Positions 18,289-26,425 of a stretch of DNA of 38,430 bases are shown here, one piece after another (positions within the stretch are counted from its first letter, which is position 1; every line of letters begins with the position of its first letter). The position numbers and the translations under genes were made by a program. Origin of the DNA: Pyrinomonadaceae bacterium (GTDB lineage Bacteria > Acidobacteriota > Blastocatellia > Pyrinomonadales > Pyrinomonadaceae); contig DAITAB010000002.1 in assembly GCA_036824525.1 (NCBI GenBank), positions 1 through 38,430 of the forward strand, in the 5' to 3' direction. The notes beneath the pieces are model-generated. The model was not told the DNA's origin. It worked only from the letters and a program-made list of their open reading frames with translations, and did not search any database.

Positions 18289-18732
18289 ATGGATATCTTG
18301 AAGATTTTTCCCCACCTGAATGCGATGCTCAATTTACTGAGTACGGTATTTCTCGTTGCGGGATTTTTTAATATCCGGAGACAGCGGATTAGCATCCACC
18401 GAACTTTCATGCTTTCCGCTGCGATTACTTCCTGTTTCTTCTTGTTCAGCTACGTTACGTTTCACACTCTTAGATCACTAACTTTCGGAATAGGTCCGAC
18501 GCGATTTACCGGGCAGGGATTGATACGCCCGATCTACTTCACGATTCTTACAACTCACACCATTCTCGCAACGATCATCGCTCCCTTCGTGGTCATAACG
18601 CTTTGGCGTGGCATAAAGGGACGATATGAATCCCACAAAAAATTAGCCCGGCTCGTATTCCCGATTTGGCTTTATGTTTCGTTAACCGGTGTAATCGTTT
18701 ATCTAATTCTTTACCAATTTTATCCATCGTAA
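18289..18732 (+). CDS. DUF420 family membrane protein (cytochrome oxidase-associated, CtaM/YozB-like)
   Basis: 147 aa with four TM segments. FPHLNAMLNLLSTVFLVAG...IHRTFMLSA...HTILATIIAP fits my memory of DUF420, and its position after oxidase genes is typical. Confidence 0.75.
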   Translation: MDILKIFPHLNAMLNLLSTVFLVAGFFNIRRQRISIHRTFMLSAAITSCFFLFSYVTFHTLRSLTFGIGPTRFTGQGLIRPIYFTILTTHTILATIIAPFVVITLWRGIKGRYESHKKLARLVFPIWLYVSLTGVIVYLILYQFYPS

Positions 18733-18739
18733 AATTCGC

Positions 18740-18768
18740 TTGAATTTCCGGTTTTCGTGTGTTACCGT
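18740..18768 (+). promoter_or_regulatory. Sigma70-like promoter candidate for the riboswitch RNA
   Basis: TTGAAT (18740-18745), a 17-nt spacer, then TACCGT (18763-18768, which keeps T1, A2 and T6). It starts 8 nt after the DUF420 stop and would place a TSS a few nt before the proposed P1 at 18783. Pattern match only. Confidence 0.3.
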
Positions 18769-18782
18769 TCAGGTGTTGAAAA

Positions 18783-18924
18783 GTTGTCGCCGAAGGCGTT
18801 TCATTTGAAACGACCACGGGGGAACCAGCGTTGAGCGAGAAATCGCGAGACAGGGGCGCAGTGTCGTGAAGACACGGGAAACTTCTTGCTTCCTAGCCCG
18901 TCAGCTAACCTCGTAGGCTATGGC
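18783..18924 (+). promoter_or_regulatory. c-di-AMP riboswitch aptamer (ydaO-yuaA motif, Rfam RF00379-like)
   Basis: Matches recalled ydaO-type aptamers block by block. P1 is GUUGUCGCC (18783-91) / GGCUAUGGC (18916-24). GCCGAA lies at 18789-94, followed by a hairpin at 18795-18815. ACGGGGGAACC is at 18816-26 (T. tengcongensis: ACGGAGGAACC). A variable GNRA hairpin GCGA-GAAA-UCGC is at 18835-46. AGGGGCGCA (18852-60) is followed by the hairpin GUGUC-GUGAA-GACAC (18861-75). The hallmark CCCGUCAGCUAACCUCGUAGGC is at 18897-18918 (B. subtilis ydaO: CCCGACAGCUAACCUCGUAAGC). Confidence 0.7.
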
Positions 18925-18954
18925 CAAGAAGGACACGAAAAAGTTTAGCCATCA

Positions 18955-18989
18955 GGCGCGATTTCGTAAACTTCGCGCCTTTTATTTTT
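18955..18989 (+). terminator. Intrinsic terminator (likely riboswitch expression platform)
   Basis: Stem GGCGCGA (18955-61) / TCGCGCC (18973-79), followed by TTTTATTTTT. It lies 30 nt after the aptamer. Confidence 0.7.
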
Positions 18990-19023
18990 CAACGTATCCG
19001 AAGAGACAGTCTTCTCAAAGACG

Positions 19024-19063
19024 AGAAGTTCCGCATCTGAAAAGGTGCGGAACTTCTTTTTTT
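19024..19063. terminator. Strong hairpin terminator, T-tract on plus strand; possibly bidirectional
   Basis: Perfect 12-bp stem AGAAGTTCCGCA (19024-35) / TGCGGAACTTCT (19046-57), then T6-7 on the plus strand. On the minus strand it is followed by CGTCTTTG, a weaker tract, and it sits about 140 nt downstream of the S9 peptidase stop. Confidence 0.65.
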
Positions 19064-19201
19064 AGCGACTAGTTATAAGTGGTTAAACTTTTTGCGGAAT
19101 CCGCGCTGTTGTCCCCTGTGAATCTGTTTCCATTCTTAAACTAAAGCAAACTCGAGAGGAGAACCTTTCTCAAAATCAAATTGTTTCGGGTGAAAATCTA
19201 A

Positions 19202-21274
19202 TTACGGTTTCAGATGTTTTCCAAACCATCCGAGAACTTCTTTATACCAGTAGATAGAATTTTGCGGCTTCAATATCCAGTGTCCTTCATCAGGAAAATA
19301 AACGAATCTGGATTCGATGTTCTGGCGTTGTAGAGCCGTGAAGAGTTGAAGACCTTCGCCGACCGGAACGCGATAGTCCAGTTCGCCATGAGTAACCAGA
19401 GTTGGAGTCTTGAAATTCTTCGCGAATCGATGCGGCGACCAGCGGGTATAATTCACAGGATTTTCCCAAGGCATTCCCTTGAACTCCCAATCAACGAACC
19501 AAAGTTCTTCGGTCGCGCCGGACATACTCTCCAAATTGTAAACTCCCGCATGCGAGTGAAGCGCAGCAAATTTAAAACGTGGGTCAGTGTTGTGTCCTAA
19601 AATCCAATTGACCATATATCCGCCGTAACTTGCACCCGCGGCGCCAATTCTGTTTCGATCGATATTTGGATTTGTGTCCAATACTTTTGCGACGCCATTC
19701 ATTATGTCCGTGTATGCCTTTCCTCCCCAATCACCCGATATTTCATTCACGAATTTCTGTCCGTAGCCGACAGATCCCCGCGGATTCGGTAAAAATACGA
19801 TATAACCCGCGTTTGCAAAAATTTGCGGATTCCACCGATATCCCCAACTATCATTGAAAGCGCTTTGCGGTCCTCCGTGAATGATAACGAGGAGCGGGTA
19901 CTTTTTATTGGCATCGTAATTCGCAGGCTTAACGATGAAACCGTGAATCGTGCGATTAAGTGCGCCTTTCCATTCGACTTCCTCAGCCTTCTTCAAATCC
20001 TGAGTAAACGGTCTTCCGTGAGCAACGCTATTTATCGAGGTTACGCTTGTCCTAAAGTTTCCGCTCTTTATTGTTCCATCAACATTGGCGCGAAATATTT
20101 CCGCTGGAGACTGAAACGAACTTGAGGAAAAAATAAATGATTTTCCGTCAGGGGTTATACGTAAATCCGCATTGTAGCCATCGTTGATTAGCGTTTTCAC
20201 GTCTGAGCCGCCGGCGGTTTTTCGTGCGCTCTCAACCGCAACCGAAAAAATTGGCGATTGTCCTCGTTGAAGTGCTGTCAGGTAAACCCTTTTATTGTCG
20301 GGTGAAATAACAAATTCTTCCGCTTGAAGGTCAAAGCCGGCGGTGAGCTCGATCGTGCTGCCGGTCGCTCGCTCGAAGCGCATAATTCGCCAACGATCCG
20401 CCTCAAATCCCGCGGTCGCCTGCGAGCGGTAAATTATGTACTTTCCATCACTCGTGTAAGCCGGCGAAACATCGTAGCCCCTATTCGTTGCGGTGATGTT
20501 ACGGGCAGTTCCGCCTTCAACCGACACGATAAACAAATCGCTGTTTGTCGAGATCGCCTCGATTTTGTCTGGATTTTTCAGGAATGCAATTTCTTTCGAA
20601 TCCGGAGAAAACGCATAATCTACAGAGCTCGAAGCCGCATAAGGAGGCGAATCAAAATCACCGGGTGTTAAATCGCGTGCTACTCCACCGGAACTCTCTA
20701 CGATAAAGAGATGAGTTCGCTTTCGATCTCGCCATTCGACCCAATGTCGAAAAAGGAGCCTTTCGCTGGCTTTTGCCTGAACTTTGTTTCCTTCCACTTT
20801 TTCATCTTCGGCTTTGTTGCAATCATCGGTCGAACATTCGGGATAAACGTCAGAAACGAATGCGATTTGTTTTCCATCAGGTGACCAAACCGGTCCCGAG
20901 GCACCGGTCGAGATCGACGTAATCTGTTGTCGTTCACCGCCGCCCGAATTCATCGTCCAAATTTGTCCGCCGGTAGTAAACGCTATTTTGCTCCCATCGG
21001 GCGACCAACGCGGTGAGCTACTCGATTTTGCTCCGTCCGTAATTTGTCTTGGCGTTCCACCTTCGATCGCTTGAACGTAAATTTGCGAAATAACTTTATT
21101 GTCTGTGAGCTTTACGTCGCCGATAACAAACGCGATCTGTTTTCCATCGGGCGAAACCTGCGGATCACTTACACGACGCACCTTCATTAACTCGTCTGCA
21201 GTAATGCCGCTTTGGGCAAACGAATAAGTAAACAGTAGAAGAATAATAATAGGAAGAGACTTGATGCTTCGCAT
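19202..21274 (-). CDS. S9 family serine peptidase (prolyl oligopeptidase/acylaminoacyl-peptidase type) with N-terminal TolB-like beta-propeller
   Basis: 690 aa with signal peptide MRSIKSLPIIILLLFTYSFAQS. Repeated SPDGKQIAF / WSPDGS propeller repeats. Nucleophile elbow GASYGGYM, Asp in HGELDYRVP, His in FPDEGHWI. Confidence 0.9.
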   Translation of the reverse strand: MRSIKSLPIIILLLFTYSFAQSGITADELMKVRRVSDPQVSPDGKQIAFVIGDVKLTDNKVISQIYVQAIEGGTPRQITDGAKSSSSPRWSPDGSKIAFTTGGQIWTMNSGGGERQQITSISTGASGPVWSPDGKQIAFVSDVYPECSTDDCNKAEDEKVEGNKVQAKASERLLFRHWVEWRDRKRTHLFIVESSGGVARDLTPGDFDSPPYAASSSVDYAFSPDSKEIAFLKNPDKIEAISTNSDLFIVSVEGGTARNITATNRGYDVSPAYTSDGKYIIYRSQATAGFEADRWRIMRFERATGSTIELTAGFDLQAEEFVISPDNKRVYLTALQRGQSPIFSVAVESARKTAGGSDVKTLINDGYNADLRITPDGKSFIFSSSSFQSPAEIFRANVDGTIKSGNFRTSVTSINSVAHGRPFTQDLKKAEEVEWKGALNRTIHGFIVKPANYDANKKYPLLVIIHGGPQSAFNDSWGYRWNPQIFANAGYIVFLPNPRGSVGYGQKFVNEISGDWGGKAYTDIMNGVAKVLDTNPNIDRNRIGAAGASYGGYMVNWILGHNTDPRFKFAALHSHAGVYNLESMSGATEELWFVDWEFKGMPWENPVNYTRWSPHRFAKNFKTPTLVTHGELDYRVPVGEGLQLFTALQRQNIESRFVYFPDEGHWILKPQNSIYWYKEVLGWFGKHLKP

Positions 21275-21421
21275 AAATTCGATTTTCTCGCTTTGGTGTG
21301 ATTTTAGATTTCTAATTAGTGATTATCGCAAAGTAACTTTCTACGACAAAATAGCCGGCTCCTAAGTTGTGTAAGGCGCCGACTACAAATACTATGAAGA
21401 CGAAGAAGTGAGAGAAAATGT

Positions 21422-21589
21422 ATGAACCGACCACCTCCGTATTTTCCGCAAAATCAGTTGTCTCCGCCCGATCCTAAACGCTACCGAAAGTTTAAAATTA
21501 CCGTTGCGGCTTTCGCCTTTCTTGCGGTCGTATTGATTGTCGCTGCAGGTTTTGGTTTGTTTCGTTTAATTTTGTGGATGTCTTCATAA
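21422..21589 (+). CDS. Possible small single-pass membrane protein (55 aa)
   Basis: Below the ORF-track length cutoff and translated by hand: MNRPPPYFPQNQLSPPDPKRYRKFKITVAAFAFLAVVLIVAAGFGLFRLILWMSS. It has a Pro-rich N-terminus, a positive cluster KRYRKFK, then one TM helix. A weak SD (GAGAG) lies 7 nt upstream. The ORF ends at the A-run/hairpin terminator. Confidence 0.3.
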   Translation: MNRPPPYFPQNQLSPPDPKRYRKFKITVAAFAFLAVVLIVAAGFGLFRLILWMSS

Positions 21590-21618
21590 AAAAACCGGAG
21601 GAAAAACACTTCCTCCGG
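21588..21618 (-). terminator. Intrinsic terminator of the S41 peptidase gene (minus strand)
   Basis: Stem CCGGAGG (21595-21601) / CCTCCGG (21612-21618). On the minus strand it is followed by T7 (plus-strand A-run 21588-21594). It lies 25 nt after the stop at 21644. Confidence 0.7.
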
Positions 21619-21643
21619 TCAATCATTTAATCTAAACCAAACT

Positions 21644-23377
21644 TTATTGGTCAATTTGTTTGACTGTCATCTTCTTTGACAAAGCCCGCGCGCCTTCCAA
21701 TGCCAACTGTTTTGCTTGCGGAAGTAATTCGACCGCCTGTTTCAACTGATTATCGTATTCATTGAAAACCTGATAGGAAGTCGTAGCGCCGTAAGCCGCG
21801 GTGACAAATTCCGAACGAAGCGTCCGCTGAATGAATTCGCGCTCACCGTCAATCTGCGAACCGGGAATTTTATACTCCTTAATCGCAAACTTTTTAAAGT
21901 TCTGAAAAAGCTCCTCAGTAATTGGAAAGTCTTTTTGAGTAATGTCGTGATCGAACTTTATCGGCGCGTCAATCTTTAGATTTTCAAAACCTTTCGTTCG
22001 ACCCACCGAAGTATCGAGTGCGAAAGCGAAAATGGGATCAGTTAATTTTTCCTGAATGCGAGCACGCTCAGCAGTGATAGTTGCCGGTCTTATTCCAAAA
22101 TCCGGCGCGATTCCACCGCCTCCATATACTAGACGTCCGGAAGCAGTTTTGCTTTCGGCGCCTTTTGGAGTCGACGGCTGATTTTCGTCGCGCAGCGTTC
22201 CGCCATTGCTGTAATAGTTGTAAAGATCGCCATTCGAGTAATCGCGTTGGATTAATCGACCGGCGGGTGTTTCATATTTTGCAATCGTCAACAACAGCAT
22301 CGAGTTGTATTCGAGTTGAAACGGATTTTGCACGAGACCTTTTCCGAAGGTTGTTTCGCCGACGATAAGCGCTCGATCGTGGTCCTGCAGTGCGCCGGCA
22401 AGAATTTCCGAGGCAGATGCGGTATAGCGATTAACCAGCACAACAATCGGAGTTTCATCCGGATTAGGATTCTCCGCGCGGAATACCCCAAAGGAATCTT
22501 CGAGCCTTCCTTTTTGAGTGAAAATCGTTTGACCTCGCGAAAGAAATGTATTTGCTACACGATACGCCTGACTGACCAGTCCTCCACCGTTGTTGCGGAG
22601 ATCCAGAATTAAGTTTTGCATTCCCTGGCGTTTTAACGCTTGCATCGATTCGCGAAATTCCATGTAGGTTGTTTGGTTGAATCCACCCGTCATGGCGATA
22701 TAACCGACTCCGGGTCGAATAATATACGCCTCGGGAATTGACGGCTGCGGAACGGCATCGCGAATAATATCGACGGTTTCGCGTGCGCCAGTTGCGAAAC
22801 GCTCAATGGTAATCTTTGCCAAGGTTCCTCTGGGACCGCGAAGAAAACTTCTGACTTCGGAGAATCTCTTGCCGACCATCGAAGTTCCATTAACCTCTAC
22901 AATTCGATCTCCATAACGAAGTCCTGCACGATGGGCGGGCGAGCCATCAAAGGTGGCTTTGATAAATGTAGCTAATACTTTCCCGTCCGCATCCCGAAGA
23001 TCACCGATCGTCGCGCCGATACCAAAATATTGTGAACTTTGGTCATTTCGAAACTGCTCCGCTTCTTTTGCATCGAAATAGTTGGAATGCGGGTCCAGCG
23101 TGTGGAGCATTCCGTCTATCGATGACTTAAAAATCTCGTTGTAATCAATCCTCGATCCATCAACGTGATTTTGCTGAATAAGTGTTAGCGCCTCGGCGAC
23201 ATTTTGGTCAATGGTTTCGATCGTAGTTGGCGGTCTTTTGGCGACGGTTTGAGAAATATCGCTTTGCGACTTAACCGGTTTAGGCGTACGTGGAGCGATT
23301 TGCGAGAATCCCGTGGAAACAAAACCGAGCGCAATAATTCCTGACAACATTAACGACATCATCGATTTCTTAAACAT
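21644..23377 (-). CDS. S41 family C-terminal processing (tail-specific) peptidase with PDZ domain, canonical catalytic motifs
   Basis: Canonical blocks DLRNNGGGLV, VNRYTASASEILAGAL and GETTFGKGLVQ. PDZ segment GIGATIGDL...ATFDGSPAHRAGLRYGDRIVEVNG. I prefer ATG 23377 (MFKKSMMSLMLSGIIALGFVSTGFS, signal-like); the track start 23467 adds 30 residues with no signal character. Confidence 0.85.
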   Translation of the reverse strand: MFKKSMMSLMLSGIIALGFVSTGFSQIAPRTPKPVKSQSDISQTVAKRPPTTIETIDQNVAEALTLIQQNHVDGSRIDYNEIFKSSIDGMLHTLDPHSNYFDAKEAEQFRNDQSSQYFGIGATIGDLRDADGKVLATFIKATFDGSPAHRAGLRYGDRIVEVNGTSMVGKRFSEVRSFLRGPRGTLAKITIERFATGARETVDIIRDAVPQPSIPEAYIIRPGVGYIAMTGGFNQTTYMEFRESMQALKRQGMQNLILDLRNNGGGLVSQAYRVANTFLSRGQTIFTQKGRLEDSFGVFRAENPNPDETPIVVLVNRYTASASEILAGALQDHDRALIVGETTFGKGLVQNPFQLEYNSMLLLTIAKYETPAGRLIQRDYSNGDLYNYYSNGGTLRDENQPSTPKGAESKTASGRLVYGGGGIAPDFGIRPATITAERARIQEKLTDPIFAFALDTSVGRTKGFENLKIDAPIKFDHDITQKDFPITEELFQNFKKFAIKEYKIPGSQIDGEREFIQRTLRSEFVTAAYGATTSYQVFNEYDNQLKQAVELLPQAKQLALEGARALSKKMTVKQIDQ

Positions 23378-23510
23378 TATTCCGAACATTTCTCCGTAGG
23401 CGGGAAGCCTCATAATTCTTGGTATAGTAACATTTGTTTGAGGCAAAGGCGACGAAAAGAGTTGCACGAACGCTTTGATTTATCGCAGACTCATTGGCGA
23501 ACGGCTACGC

Positions 23511-24521
23511 ATGAATTCACGCTTATTAGAAGTCCATAATCTACGAACGCATTTCCCCACCCGCGCCGGATTGGTGCGCGCGGTTGATGACGTAAGTTTC
23601 CACGTAAGCGAAGGCGAGCTTCTTGGTCTCGTCGGAGAGTCGGGATGCGGAAAATCCATTACTGCGCTTTCCGTGATGCGGCTGATTTCTTCTCCGGGCA
23701 AAATTGTCGGCGGATCCATTAAATTCAAGGGTGAAGAGTTAACAAACGTTTCTAACGAACGCATGCGCGAGATTCGAGGCAATGACATTGCGATGATCTT
23801 TCAGGATCCGATGACATCTCTGAATCCTGTTTACACAGTCGGCGAACAAATCGCCGAGGCGCTTCGTCTGCATAGAAAGCTCGACACGAATTCCGCCCGT
23901 GAAGCCGCGATCGCATCGATGAAGGAAGTTTCAATTCCTGATGCTGCTCGGCGCTTTGATGATTACCCGCACCAGCTCTCGGGTGGAATGCGGCAGCGCG
24001 TGATGATCGCAATGGCGCTTGCCTGCGATCCCGAATTGCTCATCGCCGATGAACCGACGACTGCGCTCGACGTAACTATCCAGGCACAGATTCTCGAGCT
24101 GTTAAATGAGCTCCGAAAAACGCGAAAACTCGCGGTGCTTTTGATTACTCATGATCTTGGCGTCGTCGCGGAAGTGGCTGATCGGGTGTGTGTGATGTAT
24201 ACGGGAAAGATCGTCGAGGAAGCACCGGTAAAAGAAATTTTCTCGCAGCCACGACATCCATACACTCAAGGTCTTCTGAGATCAGTTCCGAAGATGCGTG
24301 AGTTCGGCATTGAGAAATCCGTTCGGCTTCAGACGATTGAGGGAACTGTTCCGAGTGCCGCGACATTGCCCGCAGGATGTCATTTTGCGCCAAGATGTAT
24401 TCACAAAATGACGGCGTGCGAATTAGAGGAGATCCCCTTGCTTGATATAAACGATGAAGTCAAAGTGCGCTGCATCCTCTATGAGGGCGAGCATAATCGC
24501 CGGGTCGCCGCAAATTCCTGA
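23511..24521 (+). CDS. oppD: Oligopeptide/dipeptide-type ABC transporter ATP-binding protein (OppD/DppD-like)
   Basis: Walker A GESGCGKS, signature LSGGMRQR, Walker [13 protein letters not shown], and the Opp-type C-terminal Cys-containing extension ([10 protein letters not shown]). I prefer ATG 23511 ([11 protein letters not shown]) over the TTG track start 23475. Confidence 0.9.
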   Translation: MNSRLLEVHNLRTHFPTRAGLVRAVDDVSFHVSEGELLGLVGESGCGKSITALSVMRLISSPGKIVGGSIKFKGEELTNVSNERMREIRGNDIAMIFQDPMTSLNPVYTVGEQIAEALRLHRKLDTNSAREAAIASMKEVSIPDAARRFDDYPHQLSGGMRQRVMIAMALACDPELLIADEPTTALDVTIQAQILELLNELRKTRKLAVLLITHDLGVVAEVADRVCVMYTGKIVEEAPVKEIFSQPRHPYTQGLLRSVPKMREFGIEKSVRLQTIEGTVPSAATLPAGCHFAPRCIHKMTACELEEIPLLDINDEVKVRCILYEGEHNRRVAANS

Positions 24522-24542
24522 TCTTCTGAAGTTATTACTTAT

Positions 24543-25544
24543 ATGAATCTCGGAACCGCGATCTCAACCGAAAATTCCACGCTCGTGCGCGTACACGAGC
24601 TCGTGAAGCATTTTCCCGTTGAGGGAAGCAATGATGTCGTTAGGGCGGTCGACGGTGTTTCATTCGACATATTGAGAGGCGAAACGTTGGGACTCGTGGG
24701 TGAATCCGGCTGCGGCAAGTCCACGGTCGGGCGCTGTCTTATACGTTTACTCGAACCAACCAGCGGGGAAGTGTGGTTTGAGAATGTCGAAGTGTTGCAT
24801 CTCGATAAATGGAATCTGCGGAAACTCCGTAGTGAAATGCAGATAATTTTTCAAGATCCGTACGCGAGTTTGAATCCGCGTATGAACATTCTTTCGATAA
24901 TCGGAGAACCGCTGGCGATACATGGAATTGGAAGTAAGTCGGATCGCAAAGAGCGCGTCGGCGAACTTTTGAAAAAAGTCGGACTCGATCCGGATTTTAT
25001 GTTTCGCTATCCCCATGAATTCTCCGGTGGTCAACGACAGCGACTCGGTATCGCCCGCGCTCTGGCACTCAATCCAAAACTCATAATTGCCGATGAACCG
25101 GTTTCCGCATTGGACGTATCGGTTCAGGCTCAGGTCGTGAATTTGCTTCAAGACCTGCAAAGCGAATTCGGTCTTACGTATCTTTTTATCTCCCACGGGC
25201 TCGCGGTTGTCGAGCACATATCGCAGCGCGTCGCGGTAATGTATCTCGGAAAAATGGTCGAGATCGCGGATTCGCGCGCGCTTTATGAGAACCCGCTTCA
25301 CCCATACACGAAGGCATTGCTCTCAGCGATTCCAATTCCTGACCCGACGCGAAAGCGCGACCGAATCGTTTTGCAAGGCGACGTACCAACGCCGATCAAT
25401 CCGCCATCAGGTTGCAGGTTTCGAACGCGTTGTAACTTCGCGACCGAAGAGTGCGCGATGGTAATTCCGGAGCTTCGGCAAATCGCCGAAGGGCATTTTT
25501 CGGCGTGTATCAAAACACCAGGTTATGATCAGGGAAATACATAA
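24543..25544 (+). CDS. oppF: Oligopeptide/dipeptide-type ABC transporter ATP-binding protein (OppF/DppF-like)
   Basis: Walker [10 protein letters not shown], signature FSGGQRQR, Walker [13 protein letters not shown], and C-terminal [12 protein letters not shown]...[10 protein letters not shown]. Confidence 0.9.
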   Translation: MNLGTAISTENSTLVRVHELVKHFPVEGSNDVVRAVDGVSFDILRGETLGLVGESGCGKSTVGRCLIRLLEPTSGEVWFENVEVLHLDKWNLRKLRSEMQIIFQDPYASLNPRMNILSIIGEPLAIHGIGSKSDRKERVGELLKKVGLDPDFMFRYPHEFSGGQRQRLGIARALALNPKLIIADEPVSALDVSVQAQVVNLLQDLQSEFGLTYLFISHGLAVVEHISQRVAVMYLGKMVEIADSRALYENPLHPYTKALLSAIPIPDPTRKRDRIVLQGDVPTPINPPSGCRFRTRCNFATEECAMVIPELRQIAEGHFSACIKTPGYDQGNT

Positions 25545-25618
25545 ACTTACTGCCGGCGTTTGTATTAGTAAGTTTTCGTAATAGAATTTGGCGGAATATC
25601 GGAAAGGAGACTGATTGA

Positions 25619-26419
25619 ATGGAACAAGAACGACCGGATTGGCAACCGCCACCGCCACCTGCAAGCGAGAAAAATACCGATGTAAACGCTCCACAAATGT
25701 CGGAGCTTTCGTCAATTTTAAATATCTTTCTGGAGCCTGGAAAAACATTCGAGTCTCTTCGGGCGCGTCCGAGATTTATTCTCGGCGGTATTTTGATAAT
25801 CATACTTGCATCGCTGTTTCAGTTCTTGCTGATCAACAAACTGGGTTTTGAGCATATCGTCAAAGAACGAATAAATAACAGTCCGGGTATGGAGAACGTC
25901 ACCGGCGAACAACGCGAGAAGATTATCGAACAGCAAAGTAGTCCGATTGCTCAGGCAATTGGTTATGCCGCCGTTCCGGTCGTCTCGGTGATTGTCTTTG
26001 CGATTGGTGGATTGCTTTACTGGCTAGGTGCAAACGCGATGGGAGGAAGTTCCACTTTTCTGCGCGGACTTTCTACCTGGATTTACTCGAGTATTCCGCC
26101 CGCCGTTGTAGGAACGTTCGCAAATATTGTCGTCTTATTTCTGAAAGCACCGGAAGACATCGACATCGTCTCAAGCAACCGCGGATTAATTCACGCAAAT
26201 CCTTCGATGTTTCTCGATGGAAGAGAAGCACCGGTGCTCGCCACGGTACTTTCAACTCTGGATCTTTTTTCGATTTGGGGATGGATTCTGGCGGCGATCG
26301 GTTTGCGCGTCGTTAGTAAAATTTCGAGCGGTGCCGCTTGGTCAATCGTAATTGGATTGACGTTAATCGGTCTCGCCGTTCGCGTCGTCTTCGCGGCTTT
26401 GTTCAAGGCGCCGATGTAG
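25619..26419 (+). CDS. Yip1-domain family membrane protein
   Basis: 266 aa. AAGGAG-type SD (GGAAAGGAGA) upstream. The N-terminal Pro-rich segment is followed by LNIFLEPGKTFESLRARPRF and five TM helices, the layout I associate with bacterial YIP1/DUF1282 proteins. Confidence 0.65.
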   Translation: MEQERPDWQPPPPPASEKNTDVNAPQMSELSSILNIFLEPGKTFESLRARPRFILGGILIIILASLFQFLLINKLGFEHIVKERINNSPGMENVTGEQREKIIEQQSSPIAQAIGYAAVPVVSVIVFAIGGLLYWLGANAMGGSSTFLRGLSTWIYSSIPPAVVGTFANIVVLFLKAPEDIDIVSSNRGLIHANPSMFLDGREAPVLATVLSTLDLFSIWGWILAAIGLRVVSKISSGAAWSIVIGLTLIGLAVRVVFAALFKAPM

Positions 26420-26425
26420 ATTTGT

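Noticed and set aside
18770-18990. Other RNA families for the structured region (SRP/4.5S RNA, tmRNA, RNase P, 6S, cobalamin, c-di-GMP, ZTP and fluoride riboswitches)
   Set aside because: The diagnostic cores are absent on either strand: GGUCCGGAAGGAAGCAGC for SRP, a tag ORF plus tRNA-like end for tmRNA, GGAAAGUCCGG for RNase P, and the B12 box. The ydaO-type blocks match far better.
18920-19072. 50-aa very basic ORF (MAKKDTKKFSHQARFRKLRAF...) as the gene regulated by the riboswitch
   Set aside because: The ATG lies inside the aptamer's P1 3' strand with no usable SD. The frame reads straight through both terminator hairpins and resembles no ribosomal or known small protein that I can recall.
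23378-23510. Long N-terminal extensions of the divergent S41 (to 23467) and OppD (TTG 23475) genes
   Set aside because: The extensions would leave only 7 nt between divergent starts and add non-signal, non-conserved-looking residues. The internal ATGs (23377 and 23511) give a signal-like N-terminus and the typical OppD N-terminus respectively.
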